Of a stretch of DNA of 64,000 bases, positions 1-9,815 are shown in pieces. The stretch is from a virus (taxonomy: Duplodnaviria > Caudoviricetes). How positions within the stretch are numbered: the stretch's first letter is position 1; the number at the start of each line of letters is the position of its first letter. The notes under the pieces are model-generated. The model saw nothing but the letters and a program-made list of their open reading frames with translations. It was not told the origin of the DNA and ran no database searches. A program made the position numbers and the translations under genes. The DNA lies in the IMG/VR virus record IMGVR_UViG_2879448870_000003, positions 4,864-68,863 of that record; one strand, written 5' to 3'.

Positions 1-6
1 ATCACG

Positions 7-897
7 ATGCCCGGAAAGAGAATAGCTGAAATTGTGAAAAAGATGAAAGGCGTCATTGATATTGAATCGGAACGCATGCAGACCAAGATAACAAGCAAAA
101 GTGGAGATTATGATCTTCCTAGCTTAGATTTCGAGGAATATCCGGAGTTTATCAACGAACAACCTGGACCTACTGTTGAAATTGAAGGAGAAACCCTCAT
201 CCGGTTGGTGGAGGAAACAGAGTATGCTGCTTCCACTGAAGAGGCCACCCCTATCCTAATGGGCCTGAGATTTAAATTTCACGAAGACACAATCACTGTA
301 ACCGGTACGAACCGGCATAAGCTTTCATCATCTGTTCGAACCATAGAAAACTTGCAGGACATGCAGGTTGTAGTTGGAGCAAAAACTATGAAAGAACTAA
401 CGAAAATAATCGAACCCAAAGAACGCATTTCAATCCGTCTTGTTGATTCCAAATTAATCGTGAACACTTCGAAATTTGTTTTTTATTCACGAGTGTTAGA
501 GGGAGCATATCCAGATGTGGATAGATTGATTCCTAACAATATTCTATCTGAGGTTAAGGTGGAGAGAGAACAGTTTTTAGATGCATTAGAGGCTGTTTGG
601 ATTATCGCGGAAGTGGACAAAACCAAGATGGTGAGAATGGCAGTAGGGAAAATGCTTGAACTTAAAGCAAATGTGTCAGGCGTTGGTAAAGCCAATCGAC
701 TTATCGACATTCTGGAAATTCAAGGAGAATCCTTCGCAACTGCATTCAACTGCAAATATGTCTTGGAAGCAGTGAAGTCTATTAATACAAATGAAATATC
801 AATTACTTTTACAGGAAAGTTCTCTCCCATCGTGTTTAGAGGAACAGATGATGAACGTAATTATCGTATTGTATTACCCTACCGGACGGAGGTATAG
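7..897 (+). CDS. dnaN: DNA polymerase III beta sliding clamp homologue (5' end probably upstream of window)
   Basis: Clamp motifs EEYPEF, SRVLEGAYPDVDRLIP, AFNCKYVLEAV and C-terminal IVLPYR; 296 aa is shorter than a full clamp. Confidence 0.9.
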   Translation: MPGKRIAEIVKKMKGVIDIESERMQTKITSKSGDYDLPSLDFEEYPEFINEQPGPTVEIEGETLIRLVEETEYAASTEEATPILMGLRFKFHEDTITVTGTNRHKLSSSVRTIENLQDMQVVVGAKTMKELTKIIEPKERISIRLVDSKLIVNTSKFVFYSRVLEGAYPDVDRLIPNNILSEVKVEREQFLDALEAVWIIAEVDKTKMVRMAVGKMLELKANVSGVGKANRLIDILEIQGESFATAFNCKYVLEAVKSINTNEISITFTGKFSPIVFRGTDDERNYRIVLPYRTEV

Positions 898-899
898 GA

Positions 900-1445
900 A
901 TGAATAACGGACTAAACTTGAAAGAAATTTCAAAACAGATAAAAGCATCCGGTAAGAGTGGAAGTTTGATCTGGTCACGGGAAGAGAAACAACATTTCAT
1001 TACGAACCGACACTTCTTGTTGAGAGTAGAAGAAGTACCATCCGAAGTCTTAATAGCGCTTTTCTCTATCTTTTTAAAAATACCTGAGAAGGGAGAAACA
1101 TTAACTTGCTTTGCCGGACAGATCCAGGATACCGAAAAACAAAAGCCTATTAGCTTCGAGAAGATTTATATCCCAGAAAAACAGAATGAACAGGGCGAAG
1201 TCTCCCCGTTTATCAAGGATCTCGGAAATAAACTTCAAGCTAGAGTCATTCAGTTCCCTGATCATTTCGCTTATGTAAATGAACAGTATATGAAAATGAC
1301 CAATGATACGGAACCAGTGTCAACTAACGGTCCTATGACGCCGATCTACTTTGCTGATCGAAACCTCATATTACTTCCCTATAGGGTTCATGAGACGAAA
1401 GATGTTGCAACGCTATCGGTTCTGATCGGAGATAAGCATGTGTGA
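900..1445 (+). CDS. Hypothetical phage protein
   Basis: 181 aa ORF coupled to dnaN; ends LLPYR like a clamp domain. Confidence 0.7.
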   Translation: MNNGLNLKEISKQIKASGKSGSLIWSREEKQHFITNRHFLLRVEEVPSEVLIALFSIFLKIPEKGETLTCFAGQIQDTEKQKPISFEKIYIPEKQNEQGEVSPFIKDLGNKLQARVIQFPDHFAYVNEQYMKMTNDTEPVSTNGPMTPIYFADRNLILLPYRVHETKDVATLSVLIGDKHV

Positions 1446-1674
1446 TAACCATGAGAAAGGAAGAGTAAACATGAAGGGTATGCCTAATCAAGAATCCATA
1501 ATGCTCATAAATCAAGATGTTGAAAGATATCTGGACGAGCACGATAAGAGTGAATTGTCCCGGATAGTATGGAAAATGGAGCAGTTGAAGGCTGCTGATA
1601 ATGATCCGAATCAACTGCAGCTGGTGCTTAACGAGAATGTATTGACCACACCGGAACCCGAGGTGATCAAGTGA
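1438..1674 (+). CDS. Hypothetical protein
   Basis: Overlaps both neighbouring ORFs (GTGA coupling with the MTase start). Confidence 0.6.
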   Translation: MCDNHEKGRVNMKGMPNQESIMLINQDVERYLDEHDKSELSRIVWKMEQLKAADNDPNQLQLVLNENVLTTPEPEVIK

Positions 1675-3593
1675 AGACAGAATATACAGCAGCGTACTTA
1701 TTCGGAGGTATCGGTGGGGGAGCGCTCGGGTTCAAGGGGGCCAGAGCTGAGTACATGAACAAAGTCGCTCACTTCCGCAGCCTATGCAGCATCGATTCCG
1801 ATCCCATAGTTTGCCGAAATTACGAACAGATTACAGGAGGCAGGGCTGTTCAAATGGATTTGTTCAATCGACAGCAATATCTTGATTTCCACGGAGTAGA
1901 TGAGCCTCCAGCAGTTTGGCATGAGGCGGAAGCTTGGGATATCTGGAAAGCTTTTGGCGAAGAAGTTCCGGATGTTATTTTCACTTCACCACCTTGTAAA
2001 GGGTTCAGTGGTTTGCTCCCGGAGAAGTCAGCCAGCAGCAAAAAGTATCAGGCGCTGAATCTCTTAACAATTCGAGGAATCGATCTCTCCTTGCGGGCCT
2101 GCCGGGATTACGGCGGCGAACTTCCTGCGCTGTTCTTACTTGAAAATGTTCCGCGCATTATGACGAGAGGGAAGCACATCCTCAAAAAGATCAAGGACAC
2201 TCTCATCAAATACGGATATGCGGTCAATGATGAAACTCACGACTGCGGAGAAATCGGCGGATTAGGGCAACATCGCAAGCGGTACTTGCTTATAGCCAGA
2301 AATGAGAAGCGCATGCCGGCCTTTGTGTATAAGCCAGAGGTTAAGCCTTTGAAAACTATCGGTGATGTAATAGGACACCTGCCGATGCCTGGGGATGAAG
2401 TAAACGGAGGACCAATGAATCGCCTCCCAATGCTTCAGCGGAAGACATGGGAACGGTTAGCCTTTATCCCGGCTGGTGGTGATTGGCGAGATCTTGAAGG
2501 CATTGAGTCTGAAAAGTACAGGCTCGAACACGAACCCCGTGCCGGAGCATGGGCAGTTGATGAATGGGATAAGCCAGGGAGAACAGTAACGGGCGGCGCG
2601 GGTGTTGGTAGGAGTAACGGCCTGTCGGCGGTAAACGACCCAAGAACGGGCTTCAAGAACGGCACGCACCCAACTATATACCGTGTGTCAAAATATGATG
2701 AGGTGAGCTCGACAGTAACCGGCGCAGCGCGTCCCAACAATGGAGCACTATCTGTAGGTGATCCAAGGCTCAACGATCGAGAGGGAAGGCATCCCGGAGT
2801 TTATCGGATTGTGCGATGCGATGAACCAGCCCCTTGCGTAACAGGAACAAGATTTGGTAGTGGAGCATTAGCTATCGCCGATCCTCGTACCCCTGGGGAT
2901 CACTACGATGGTGATTACAACAGAGTGGATGTGTATGGAGTGCAGGACTGGGATAAGACCTCTAAGACGGTCAGAGGCGCAGCCAGGATAATGAATTCCG
3001 CTTCATCTGTAGCAGACCCGAGGCTGAATACAAGGAGTCAACGCTATCCCGGAACATTCCGAGTGGAAGACTGGGATGAAGCAGCAAATACAGTCCTTGG
3101 GCAGACAGACGTTCAATGCGGCGCGGCATCGATTAATGATCCGAGACTGGGATGCAAGCCGAGATCAGGATCTTATGGTGTACAAAAGTGGGATGAAACG
3201 GGCACTACAGTAACAGGTTCTGGAGACGTGCATTCCGGTAATGCAGCTATTGCAGATCCGCGAATACCGGAATATAACGAGCGTTGTGTAATGATGATCA
3301 TTTCTGTGGATGGGACTTGGCACAGGCCGTTTACAACGTATGAGTTGGCGGTCGGTCTGCAAGGGTTTCCGAAATACTTGCTTGACGGTAGGCCGTTTCA
3401 GATTGACGGTTGCAGCGATGCTAAGGCAAGAGAGTATGTGGGCAATGCCGTTCCCCCGGATGCTGCAGAGGGGATGGCAAATGTAATCCTCATGGCAATG
3501 GTAATGTCAGAGCATGGCGTGAGTTTTGAGATGAGTTGGAATCTAGTGTGGGTACAACCTGAACTGAAACAAGAAATTGCACTTATTCACTGA
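1671..3593 (+). CDS. DNA (cytosine-5) methyltransferase with internally repeated variable region
   Basis: Motif I LFGGIGG, catalytic SPPCKGFS, motif VI LENV, motif VIII QHRKR, motif X GNAVPP; ~6 repeats ending A(I/V)xDPR. Confidence 0.92.
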   Translation: MKTEYTAAYLFGGIGGGALGFKGARAEYMNKVAHFRSLCSIDSDPIVCRNYEQITGGRAVQMDLFNRQQYLDFHGVDEPPAVWHEAEAWDIWKAFGEEVPDVIFTSPPCKGFSGLLPEKSASSKKYQALNLLTIRGIDLSLRACRDYGGELPALFLLENVPRIMTRGKHILKKIKDTLIKYGYAVNDETHDCGEIGGLGQHRKRYLLIARNEKRMPAFVYKPEVKPLKTIGDVIGHLPMPGDEVNGGPMNRLPMLQRKTWERLAFIPAGGDWRDLEGIESEKYRLEHEPRAGAWAVDEWDKPGRTVTGGAGVGRSNGLSAVNDPRTGFKNGTHPTIYRVSKYDEVSSTVTGAARPNNGALSVGDPRLNDREGRHPGVYRIVRCDEPAPCVTGTRFGSGALAIADPRTPGDHYDGDYNRVDVYGVQDWDKTSKTVRGAARIMNSASSVADPRLNTRSQRYPGTFRVEDWDEAANTVLGQTDVQCGAASINDPRLGCKPRSGSYGVQKWDETGTTVTGSGDVHSGNAAIADPRIPEYNERCVMMIISVDGTWHRPFTTYELAVGLQGFPKYLLDGRPFQIDGCSDAKAREYVGNAVPPDAAEGMANVILMAMVMSEHGVSFEMSWNLVWVQPELKQEIALIH

Positions 3594-3619
3594 TCAGTAA
3601 AAAAAGGAGCATAGAGGAT

Positions 3620-3835
3620 TTATTCCTCTTGCTCCTTATCAAACAAATCTTCAATTGATACTCCCAAAGCTTCTGATATAGAGAATAAATGACTTGCCTC
3701 GTGTCTTGAGTTCTTATCAAACCGGCTCAGTGATCCTTGAGGAACGCCGGATTTTTCAGACAGTTGCATTTGAGTCATATCACGTTCTTTTAGCAGCTCA
3801 TTTAGTTTAGGGCGTACTTTCTTCAAATATATCAC
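3620..3835 (-). CDS. Xre/Cro-C1 family HTH transcriptional regulator
   Basis: LNELLKERDMTQMQLSEKSGVPQGSLSRF...ALGVSIEDLF. Confidence 0.9.
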   Translation of the reverse strand: MIYLKKVRPKLNELLKERDMTQMQLSEKSGVPQGSLSRFDKNSRHEASHLFSISEALGVSIEDLFDKEQEE

Positions 3836-3852
3836 CTCTTATAGCGAGTATA

Positions 3853-3948
3853 CGATAACGAATATTTTTCCGCAAGATCCATTGACCTATTATTCGATAT
3901 CGTATATTATTGAGTTACAGACAAATATACGAAATGCGATAACGAATA
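3853..3948. promoter_or_regulatory. Divergent promoter region with three CGATAWCGAATA operator copies; sigmaA-like TTGACC-N17-TATTAT (3882-3910)
   Basis: CGATAACGAATA at 3853-3864 and 3937-3948; inverted TATTCGATATCG at 3891-3902 inside the promoter spacer. Confidence 0.65.
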
Positions 3949-3957
3949 AAATTCATG

Positions 3958-3971
3958 AGGAAAATTTTCCT
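3958..3971. repeat. Dispersed palindrome AGGAAAATTTTCCT, copy 1
   Basis: Perfect 14-bp palindrome just upstream of an RBS. Confidence 0.85.
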
Positions 3972-3993
3972 TAGGTGCAGGGGAGTGAATGCT

Positions 3994-4167
3994 TTGACTA
4001 AAAAGAAACTTGATTTATCGGAACTTGACGATCAGCCGCAGGAAATCAGAGAAGCAATTGCATTTTATGCTGCTCACACCGTCTTACCAATTCATTTCAC
4101 CGCAGCTGAGCGCGAACGGCATTATCAAACGCTGGAACAGGCTGGCTATTTGGAGGGAATTTATTGA
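3994..4167 (+). CDS. Small hypothetical protein
   Basis: GGGGAG RBS followed by TTG start. Confidence 0.6.
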   Translation: MTKKKLDLSELDDQPQEIREAIAFYAAHTVLPIHFTAAERERHYQTLEQAGYLEGIY

Positions 4168-4239
4168 AACCGTAGTAACAGCGCGGCGGAACAACATTGT
4201 TATAGCCCTAAAATAGAAATATAGGAGGTGTAAAAGAGC

Positions 4240-4917
4240 ATGGGAGAGCATCAGACATTTTGGAAACCGGTCAAGGAAGTTAAGGAGAAAAAGACCTATA
4301 GCAGTCTGGGGTCAAATAAATCCAAGGCTAAGAAGGAAGTTCCAGAATGGAAGAAGGATCTCCTTGCTCATCACAAATCAGGAAAGAGTTCGAAAGATCG
4401 GTGTGATTTTACAGATGAAGTAATTGCTGAGCTCATTGCAGAGCAAGGTGAAATATGCCCGTGCTGTAAGACTGCGGCATCCTCTACTACACACCACGTG
4501 TGGCCTAGAGGCCGGAAGGGTCGGGGAGTCAAGACAAACGGCCTCAGAGTCTGCTGGCCCTGTCATGACAAGATCCAAACGACCGATGAACTCCTTCAAT
4601 ATTGGATTTCAGTATACCGTGAGAAATATGGAGATCATTTTTACTTTGACGAAAAAGACTGGGAAGAATTCAACCACAAGCAAAATGCTCTACAGCAGAA
4701 AGAGCACGAGAAACAGGAACGACAGAATCAAATTAAACCAGTTGTTGATTTGCTCTCAGCAGCAGCCGGACGAAATCTCAAAGCAACTGAAATACGCTTA
4801 CTGCAGTCTTTCGAGGATAAGGACATGGCGATATTCGCCAGTATGATGGCAGATGCATTGGGAAGAGCAGCAGAGCCTGCACCGGTCTATAGCTACGGTG
4901 AACGGTTCGAGGACTAA
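4240..4917 (+). CDS. HNH endonuclease domain protein
   Basis: CPCC...HHVWPRG...NGLRVCWPCHD. Confidence 0.85.
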   Translation: MGEHQTFWKPVKEVKEKKTYSSLGSNKSKAKKEVPEWKKDLLAHHKSGKSSKDRCDFTDEVIAELIAEQGEICPCCKTAASSTTHHVWPRGRKGRGVKTNGLRVCWPCHDKIQTTDELLQYWISVYREKYGDHFYFDEKDWEEFNHKQNALQQKEHEKQERQNQIKPVVDLLSAAAGRNLKATEIRLLQSFEDKDMAIFASMMADALGRAAEPAPVYSYGERFED

Positions 4918-4929
4918 GGAGGTACAACA

Positions 4930-5523
4930 TTGAAGAAGCTTCCAACAAAACGAATAAGGGATAGCCATCCTCAGCTTGGTACAAAAGAGGAGTGCTACCA
5001 GAATCACTATAAGATGGTTCATGAGGTTGCGAAGAAATTCGGACACTTGAGATTCCAAGGCATTGATCCGGACGATTTAGTCAGCGAGGGAACCATTGGA
5101 TTATTGATGGCTTATGACAGATTCGACCCCGGCAAAACATCGGCTAAGAAGTTTTCAACGTTTGCCTATCCATATATTAAAGGCTTCATTCTTAGATACC
5201 TGGAAACCAGAGCACAATTAATTCACATCCCGTTTCATTCAGGCTTGCAACCCAAATCAATCACAAGGTTAGATCGAATGATCAAATTCAAGGATGGAAC
5301 TGAGCTTGGATTGGCGGAAACAATCGCAGATGAAGAAGATGATACGGAGCTTGCGGTTAATCAGTTCATTTGTGCTCTGACTCCGGTGGAGCAAGAGACT
5401 GTAAGAATGATGATGGACGGTTACTTACATCGTGAGATAGGAAAAGCGGTAGGAGTATCAGCGAATACTATAGGCCAATACAAAAATAGGATTGCACTGA
5501 AATACATTCAAATTGCTCAATAA
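4930..5523 (+). CDS. Sigma-70 family RNA polymerase sigma factor (phage-encoded)
   Basis: Region 2 DPDDLVSEGTIGLLMAYDRFDP..KFSTFAYPYIKG; region 4 HTH HREIGKAVGVSANTI. Confidence 0.88.
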   Translation: MKKLPTKRIRDSHPQLGTKEECYQNHYKMVHEVAKKFGHLRFQGIDPDDLVSEGTIGLLMAYDRFDPGKTSAKKFSTFAYPYIKGFILRYLETRAQLIHIPFHSGLQPKSITRLDRMIKFKDGTELGLAETIADEEDDTELAVNQFICALTPVEQETVRMMMDGYLHREIGKAVGVSANTIGQYKNRIALKYIQIAQ

Positions 5524-5579
5524 TGGGTCAGTTTAATTCGGATAACAACGTTAAATCACAATCAAAAGGAGCGAATTAT

Positions 5580-6326
5580 ATGTCGTTGGAAAACAGCATC
5601 AAAGACGTTATCACTAAGAAACTTGAGGACGGGACGATCGAGAAACTGATTGCAGAACAATTAGAAAACGGAATCAAGAACGCTCTTAAGGATCTGCTCG
5701 GTTCTTATGGCGATGTAACAAAGGTCATCGAAAAGCAAGTTAAATCCGTAATGATTCCTTATTTGGAAAATTACGATTATAGCGAATACATCACTAAGCT
5801 TGATTCTGTTTTAGTGGATGTGCTGAAAAGTTCGGCGCTTGAGAACAAAAAGATGCTGGAAAACTTCAAGGATTTAATGATTCCAGAAGAAATGGAAACT
5901 ATCAAAGTAACTGATTTGTTTGAACGTTGGAAGAAATACGTAGAGCACAACGTTGAAACCGATGATCTTGAGGTTTGTTACGAAGACGGACCGCCATCTT
6001 TCGAATATGTGGATGTACGTTTTGAAGTTGAATTTAACGAAGAACGGTCTTGGAGCAGTGTAAAACATGCAGTATTGGTTTTTGAATGTGAGCATGACAA
6101 GAAAATGAACTTCGAAATTCGAATTCACACATGGCCTGAATTCGACAAAGGAAAATGGACAATCGAACGCAATTCAATTCACGATATTAATTCACTAAGA
6201 TACTTGGATGAGTTTTCAATACTCCTAATGAAACTCAACCAAAATGGGACGAAGCTAATCCTTGATTCTGATTCTGAAGGCGATGAAATTAAACCTGATA
6301 AAGAACCAGAAGCAAGTTTCTCTTAA
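5580..6326 (+). CDS. Conserved phage hypothetical protein
   Basis: AAGGAG RBS; ~248 aa acidic ORF. Confidence 0.7.
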   Translation: MSLENSIKDVITKKLEDGTIEKLIAEQLENGIKNALKDLLGSYGDVTKVIEKQVKSVMIPYLENYDYSEYITKLDSVLVDVLKSSALENKKMLENFKDLMIPEEMETIKVTDLFERWKKYVEHNVETDDLEVCYEDGPPSFEYVDVRFEVEFNEERSWSSVKHAVLVFECEHDKKMNFEIRIHTWPEFDKGKWTIERNSIHDINSLRYLDEFSILLMKLNQNGTKLILDSDSEGDEIKPDKEPEASFS

Positions 6327-6386
6327 TTATTGATTCTGAGATAAGTCGGGGCGTAAATCGCCCCCTAATAAAGGAGCTGAAAAGTA

Positions 6387-7022
6387 ATGAGTAATGAAAA
6401 AAAGCAAGCGATATTGGATGTTTTGAACAGCCTGGAAGTTGTGGATCAACAGGGCGGAGATGATGCGTATATTTTGGTTGATGTAACGCCGGAAATGGTA
6501 GATAAGCTTGGCGTAGTGGGGGTTCCTCAAGAAACCCTTCATAAATACGGCGATGCCGAAACAGTTTGCATCTTGGCTCTGGCATTTGGTGAGGGCTACG
6601 CAAACGGGTTTCAAAAAGATAAATTGGTCTATTACGCTCCTGGAACAATCAATTATCTTGTTCAAGATGCTCATAGTAATGCAGTAGATAAGGGCTGGTG
6701 GGACGAGGACCGGAGCTTCGGGGAGATTATTGCTCTTATCCACTCAGAGGCATCAGAGGCGCTGGAAGATTATCGTAACGGAACTGCGCCAACAGAAATG
6801 TGGTTCGAAGCAAAGGATAAAGACACAGGTCATAAGGCAATTTCAACTGCGCAACATACACCTTACTGGAAACCATGCGGCATACCTTCCGAGCTGGCTG
6901 ATATCGTAATCCGCGTATTTGACGCTTGCGGTCGTTATGAAATTGATCTAGAGCAGGCGATCCGGGAGAAGATGGCCTACAATGCTACTCGGCCGCAGCG
7001 GCATGGAGGTAAGGTGCTATGA
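6387..7022 (+). CDS. MazG-like nucleotide pyrophosphohydrolase domain protein
   Basis: IALIHSEASEALE...SELADIVIRVFD...KMAYNATRP. Confidence 0.8.
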   Translation: MSNEKKQAILDVLNSLEVVDQQGGDDAYILVDVTPEMVDKLGVVGVPQETLHKYGDAETVCILALAFGEGYANGFQKDKLVYYAPGTINYLVQDAHSNAVDKGWWDEDRSFGEIIALIHSEASEALEDYRNGTAPTEMWFEAKDKDTGHKAISTAQHTPYWKPCGIPSELADIVIRVFDACGRYEIDLEQAIREKMAYNATRPQRHGGKVL

Positions 7023-7297
7023 CACCAGAACGGATACAAGAGTTAAAGGGGCGGTACGAGGGTTTATCGCCCACGGATATTACATTTATGACAGTAGAAG
7101 AACTCACGAGCTTGCTGGTTGTTCTAGAAGAGGCACTACAGACCATAGCCCGGCAACACGACCAAATAAAGATACAGGACGACATTATAACAGGCCATTC
7201 CCAGATTATAGCCCGATACCATGATGCACTATTTAAAATATCCCAAGACACTCAAGATGAACGTACAGCAGCGTTCGCTTGGTCAGTACTTGAATAA
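7019..7297 (+). CDS. Hypothetical protein
   Basis: ATGA-coupled ORF with GGAGG RBS. Confidence 0.65.
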   Translation: MTPERIQELKGRYEGLSPTDITFMTVEELTSLLVVLEEALQTIARQHDQIKIQDDIITGHSQIIARYHDALFKISQDTQDERTAAFAWSVLE

Positions 7298-7311
7298 GGG
7301 GAGACACAGCC

Positions 7312-7668
7312 ATGACACAGGAACTCCCATATGCAGGGCTCTCTGGCTTCCTTGCACCAGATGGCATCTTTCATTCATGCGGTTATCAAGAACACCGTCA
7401 TCTGGCGGTAGAACTGGTGAAACAATACGATGTTCAATTTTTCGATGGAGACAGCAATAAGGTTCCCAATTTCATTAAGTTTGGCTGCTTCCCATGGGTA
7501 GACAAGAAAGGAGATTCAGGTTGTCACGCGTTCGGACATGACGAACCTACACCGGAACAGGCTGCGTGGCTGCTGGCTAATGTTGATCGTATGACAGACA
7601 TCCAGCGGCGGCAAATACTTCGTGATTTGGTATTCTGGGAAATTGATATTTCGGGGGTCCAACCATGA
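7312..7668 (+). CDS. Hypothetical protein
   Basis: RBS; GFLAPDG..C..EH motif. Confidence 0.65.
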   Translation: MTQELPYAGLSGFLAPDGIFHSCGYQEHRHLAVELVKQYDVQFFDGDSNKVPNFIKFGCFPWVDKKGDSGCHAFGHDEPTPEQAAWLLANVDRMTDIQRRQILRDLVFWEIDISGVQP

Positions 7669-7744
7669 CACAGGTACAGACAACAATTAGCCCCCGAGAG
7701 AGGGCAGAGGCGGCATATATAACGCTACACCAATCTGTTAAGGG

Positions 7745-8074
7745 GTGAGAGGAATGTTCTATTTAAGAAAGCTACCGGAGGCGAAGACGCTACCGGAGAT
7801 TCGGAAGACTGACGGCACAGTGGTACCGGAGCGGCCCTACATGAGTGATGACCGGGCAGTATATAAGCATAGAGACTTCTCGCGCTTCTACCGGGGCGGA
7901 TTTACCGGGCTGGATGGCCGTTACCAAGGCATGAAGGTGTACACCTGTAAGACGCTTAAGCGCATCCTGGAATTGAGGGAATCAACACTCCGGGCTACGG
8001 GAGAACTGTTTGAGGTGTATGACGAGAATGGAAAGGTGGAGTTTCCTATCGCAGAAACTTCAGTGCCGCAGTAG
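7745..8074 (+). CDS. Hypothetical protein
   Basis: ORF in the co-oriented early cluster. Confidence 0.6.
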   Translation: MRGMFYLRKLPEAKTLPEIRKTDGTVVPERPYMSDDRAVYKHRDFSRFYRGGFTGLDGRYQGMKVYTCKTLKRILELRESTLRATGELFEVYDENGKVEFPIAETSVPQ

Positions 8075-8104
8075 ACGCAAACTGCACAGGAAGGAGTTAA
8101 AGGT

Positions 8105-8332
8105 ATGGAAGCAGGAGATCCGGGTGAAGCGAAGTTTCTCGCCAGTCTGAAAAAGATGATTCGGACAGCGAACAATGCTGCTGAGCGTAAGAACTATCAG
8201 CATGGGCAGATAGAGTTAGGCGCTATTGCACGGGTAATGGATGCCCAAAGTATAGAATCTGTACCTCCGGGAGTAGAACGGGTAATAGGGGCTTATTATG
8301 AACGGGTGACCGGGCGCAAGGCATACTACTGA
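8105..8332 (+). CDS. Hypothetical protein
   Basis: AAGGAG RBS. Confidence 0.6.
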   Translation: MEAGDPGEAKFLASLKKMIRTANNAAERKNYQHGQIELGAIARVMDAQSIESVPPGVERVIGAYYERVTGRKAYY

Positions 8333-8340
8333 AGCATATT

Positions 8341-8538
8341 GTGCAGCTAAAGGAAGTGGAGACGGTGAATGGTAGTTGCGAACGTTGCGGTTATAGCCTC
8401 GGTTTTGAATCTGACGTTTGCGGTGTCTGCTTAGATGAATTAGAGCTGGAACATCAGTATGAAGTCTATAGGCTTGTTTGCGCACTTAAAAGCATCCCCG
8501 CAGCAGACTATGACGCTTGGGTAGATGCTGATGAATAG
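8341..8538 (+). CDS. Small Cys-rich (CxxC...CxxC) protein
   Basis: CERC...CGVC. Confidence 0.5.
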   Translation: MQLKEVETVNGSCERCGYSLGFESDVCGVCLDELELEHQYEVYRLVCALKSIPAADYDAWVDADE

Positions 8539-8601
8539 TACGAAGATACAGGGACAGAGAGGGTATACAGCCCTCCTCTCCCACTAAGGGAGGAACAGGA
8601 T

Positions 8602-9102
8602 ATGACACAAACACCGAGGGACTGGCAAAAGGATATGGAGCTAGCCGAGCAGCTAAAATCGTGGGACGTAGATCCGGGAGGCGAAGAGGAAGCGGCAGCC
8701 TTTTACACGATGGATGAGGATGGGATTTACACTACTGTCCGCGCAGATAACATGCTTGGCGAAGATGCTGAACTGCTTCATGAGGCGTTGTATGCCCTTC
8801 CCTACTGGCTCCAAGAAGCCAAGACACTCCAGGAGATTGCTTCAGGCCGCGGCAGAGAAGCACTGAGACTTAGCAAATTGCTGGGCGCTCTCAACGATGA
8901 ACTGACAGCATCGGAAGAACGTGCAGACGCAACAGAGGCCCGGGAACAACGGCTGAAAGAGGCAGTACAGGCTATCTCAGATGAATACTGCCAGTGGAGA
9001 GACAAAGGTAGGGCGGCTAATGTGATGTTTAATCTAGCCAGTGGGACTCTCTCCACCCTATACCCAGATACCCCAGCACCCAAGGAGGACGATAACCAAT
9101 GA
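8602..9102 (+). CDS. Hypothetical coiled-coil protein
   Basis: GGGAGG RBS; 166 aa. Confidence 0.65.
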   Translation: MTQTPRDWQKDMELAEQLKSWDVDPGGEEEAAAFYTMDEDGIYTTVRADNMLGEDAELLHEALYALPYWLQEAKTLQEIASGRGREALRLSKLLGALNDELTASEERADATEAREQRLKEAVQAISDEYCQWRDKGRAANVMFNLASGTLSTLYPDTPAPKEDDNQ

Positions 9103-9382
9103 TGTTTCGGAAAAAGGACCGCCAATTACTAAACCTGATTGAAAGTCAAACCAGAAGTATTGCAGCGCTGACCATGGCACTGACGACATGCCTTGCGGAT
9201 GAAGGCCACATTGACGGAACTAAGGCAGCGGAGATATCGAAAGAGCTTATGAAAACTTATAACGTCCAGAAATAGGCCGTCAGGCCTCCGATTCGACCGC
9301 AATACTCAGCGACAGCGGAGGCCGCAGCAGGTCTGGTACTTAACTTATAAGGGGGCATAGACCCCAAAGGGAGAGGATACAC

Positions 9383-9802
9383 GTGAGAGAGATTAAGTTT
9401 AGGGCGTGGGATAAGGAACGTAAGGAAATGCGGCAGATTCAACTCATGGACTGGTCCGCATGGTGGGTTAGCACAGGCACAACATGGGAACGCGGAAATA
9501 CATTGGAATTTGGAGAACGTTATAGTTTCAAAAATGAAAAGACGGATCGGCATATTCTGATGCAATTCACTGGATTAACGGACGATAACGGCCGGGGAAG
9601 GGAAATGTACGAAGGGGACATATATCAATCTGAAGGGCGACTGTACGTTATAGAATGGTCAGAATACAGCCTTGGATGGGTAGTGCGCAGCTTAAAAACG
9701 AAGCAAGTCCTGCCGGGGTATCTTCAGGGGGAAGTAGCCGTGTATGACGACTATGTTTACAAGGGAACTATCTACGAGAATCCAGAACTACTAGAGGTAT
9801 AA
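9383..9802 (+). CDS. YopX family protein
   Basis: MREIKFRAWDK...MQFTGLTD.NG.EMYEGDI...GTIYENPELLE. Confidence 0.9.
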   Translation: MREIKFRAWDKERKEMRQIQLMDWSAWWVSTGTTWERGNTLEFGERYSFKNEKTDRHILMQFTGLTDDNGRGREMYEGDIYQSEGRLYVIEWSEYSLGWVVRSLKTKQVLPGYLQGEVAVYDDYVYKGTIYENPELLEV

Positions 9803-9815
9803 GGGGGAGAAGAGG

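Noticed and set aside
3958-3971. Palindrome as CodY box or canonical parS
   Set aside because: Does not match AATTTTCWGAAAATT or TGTTNCACGTGAAACA
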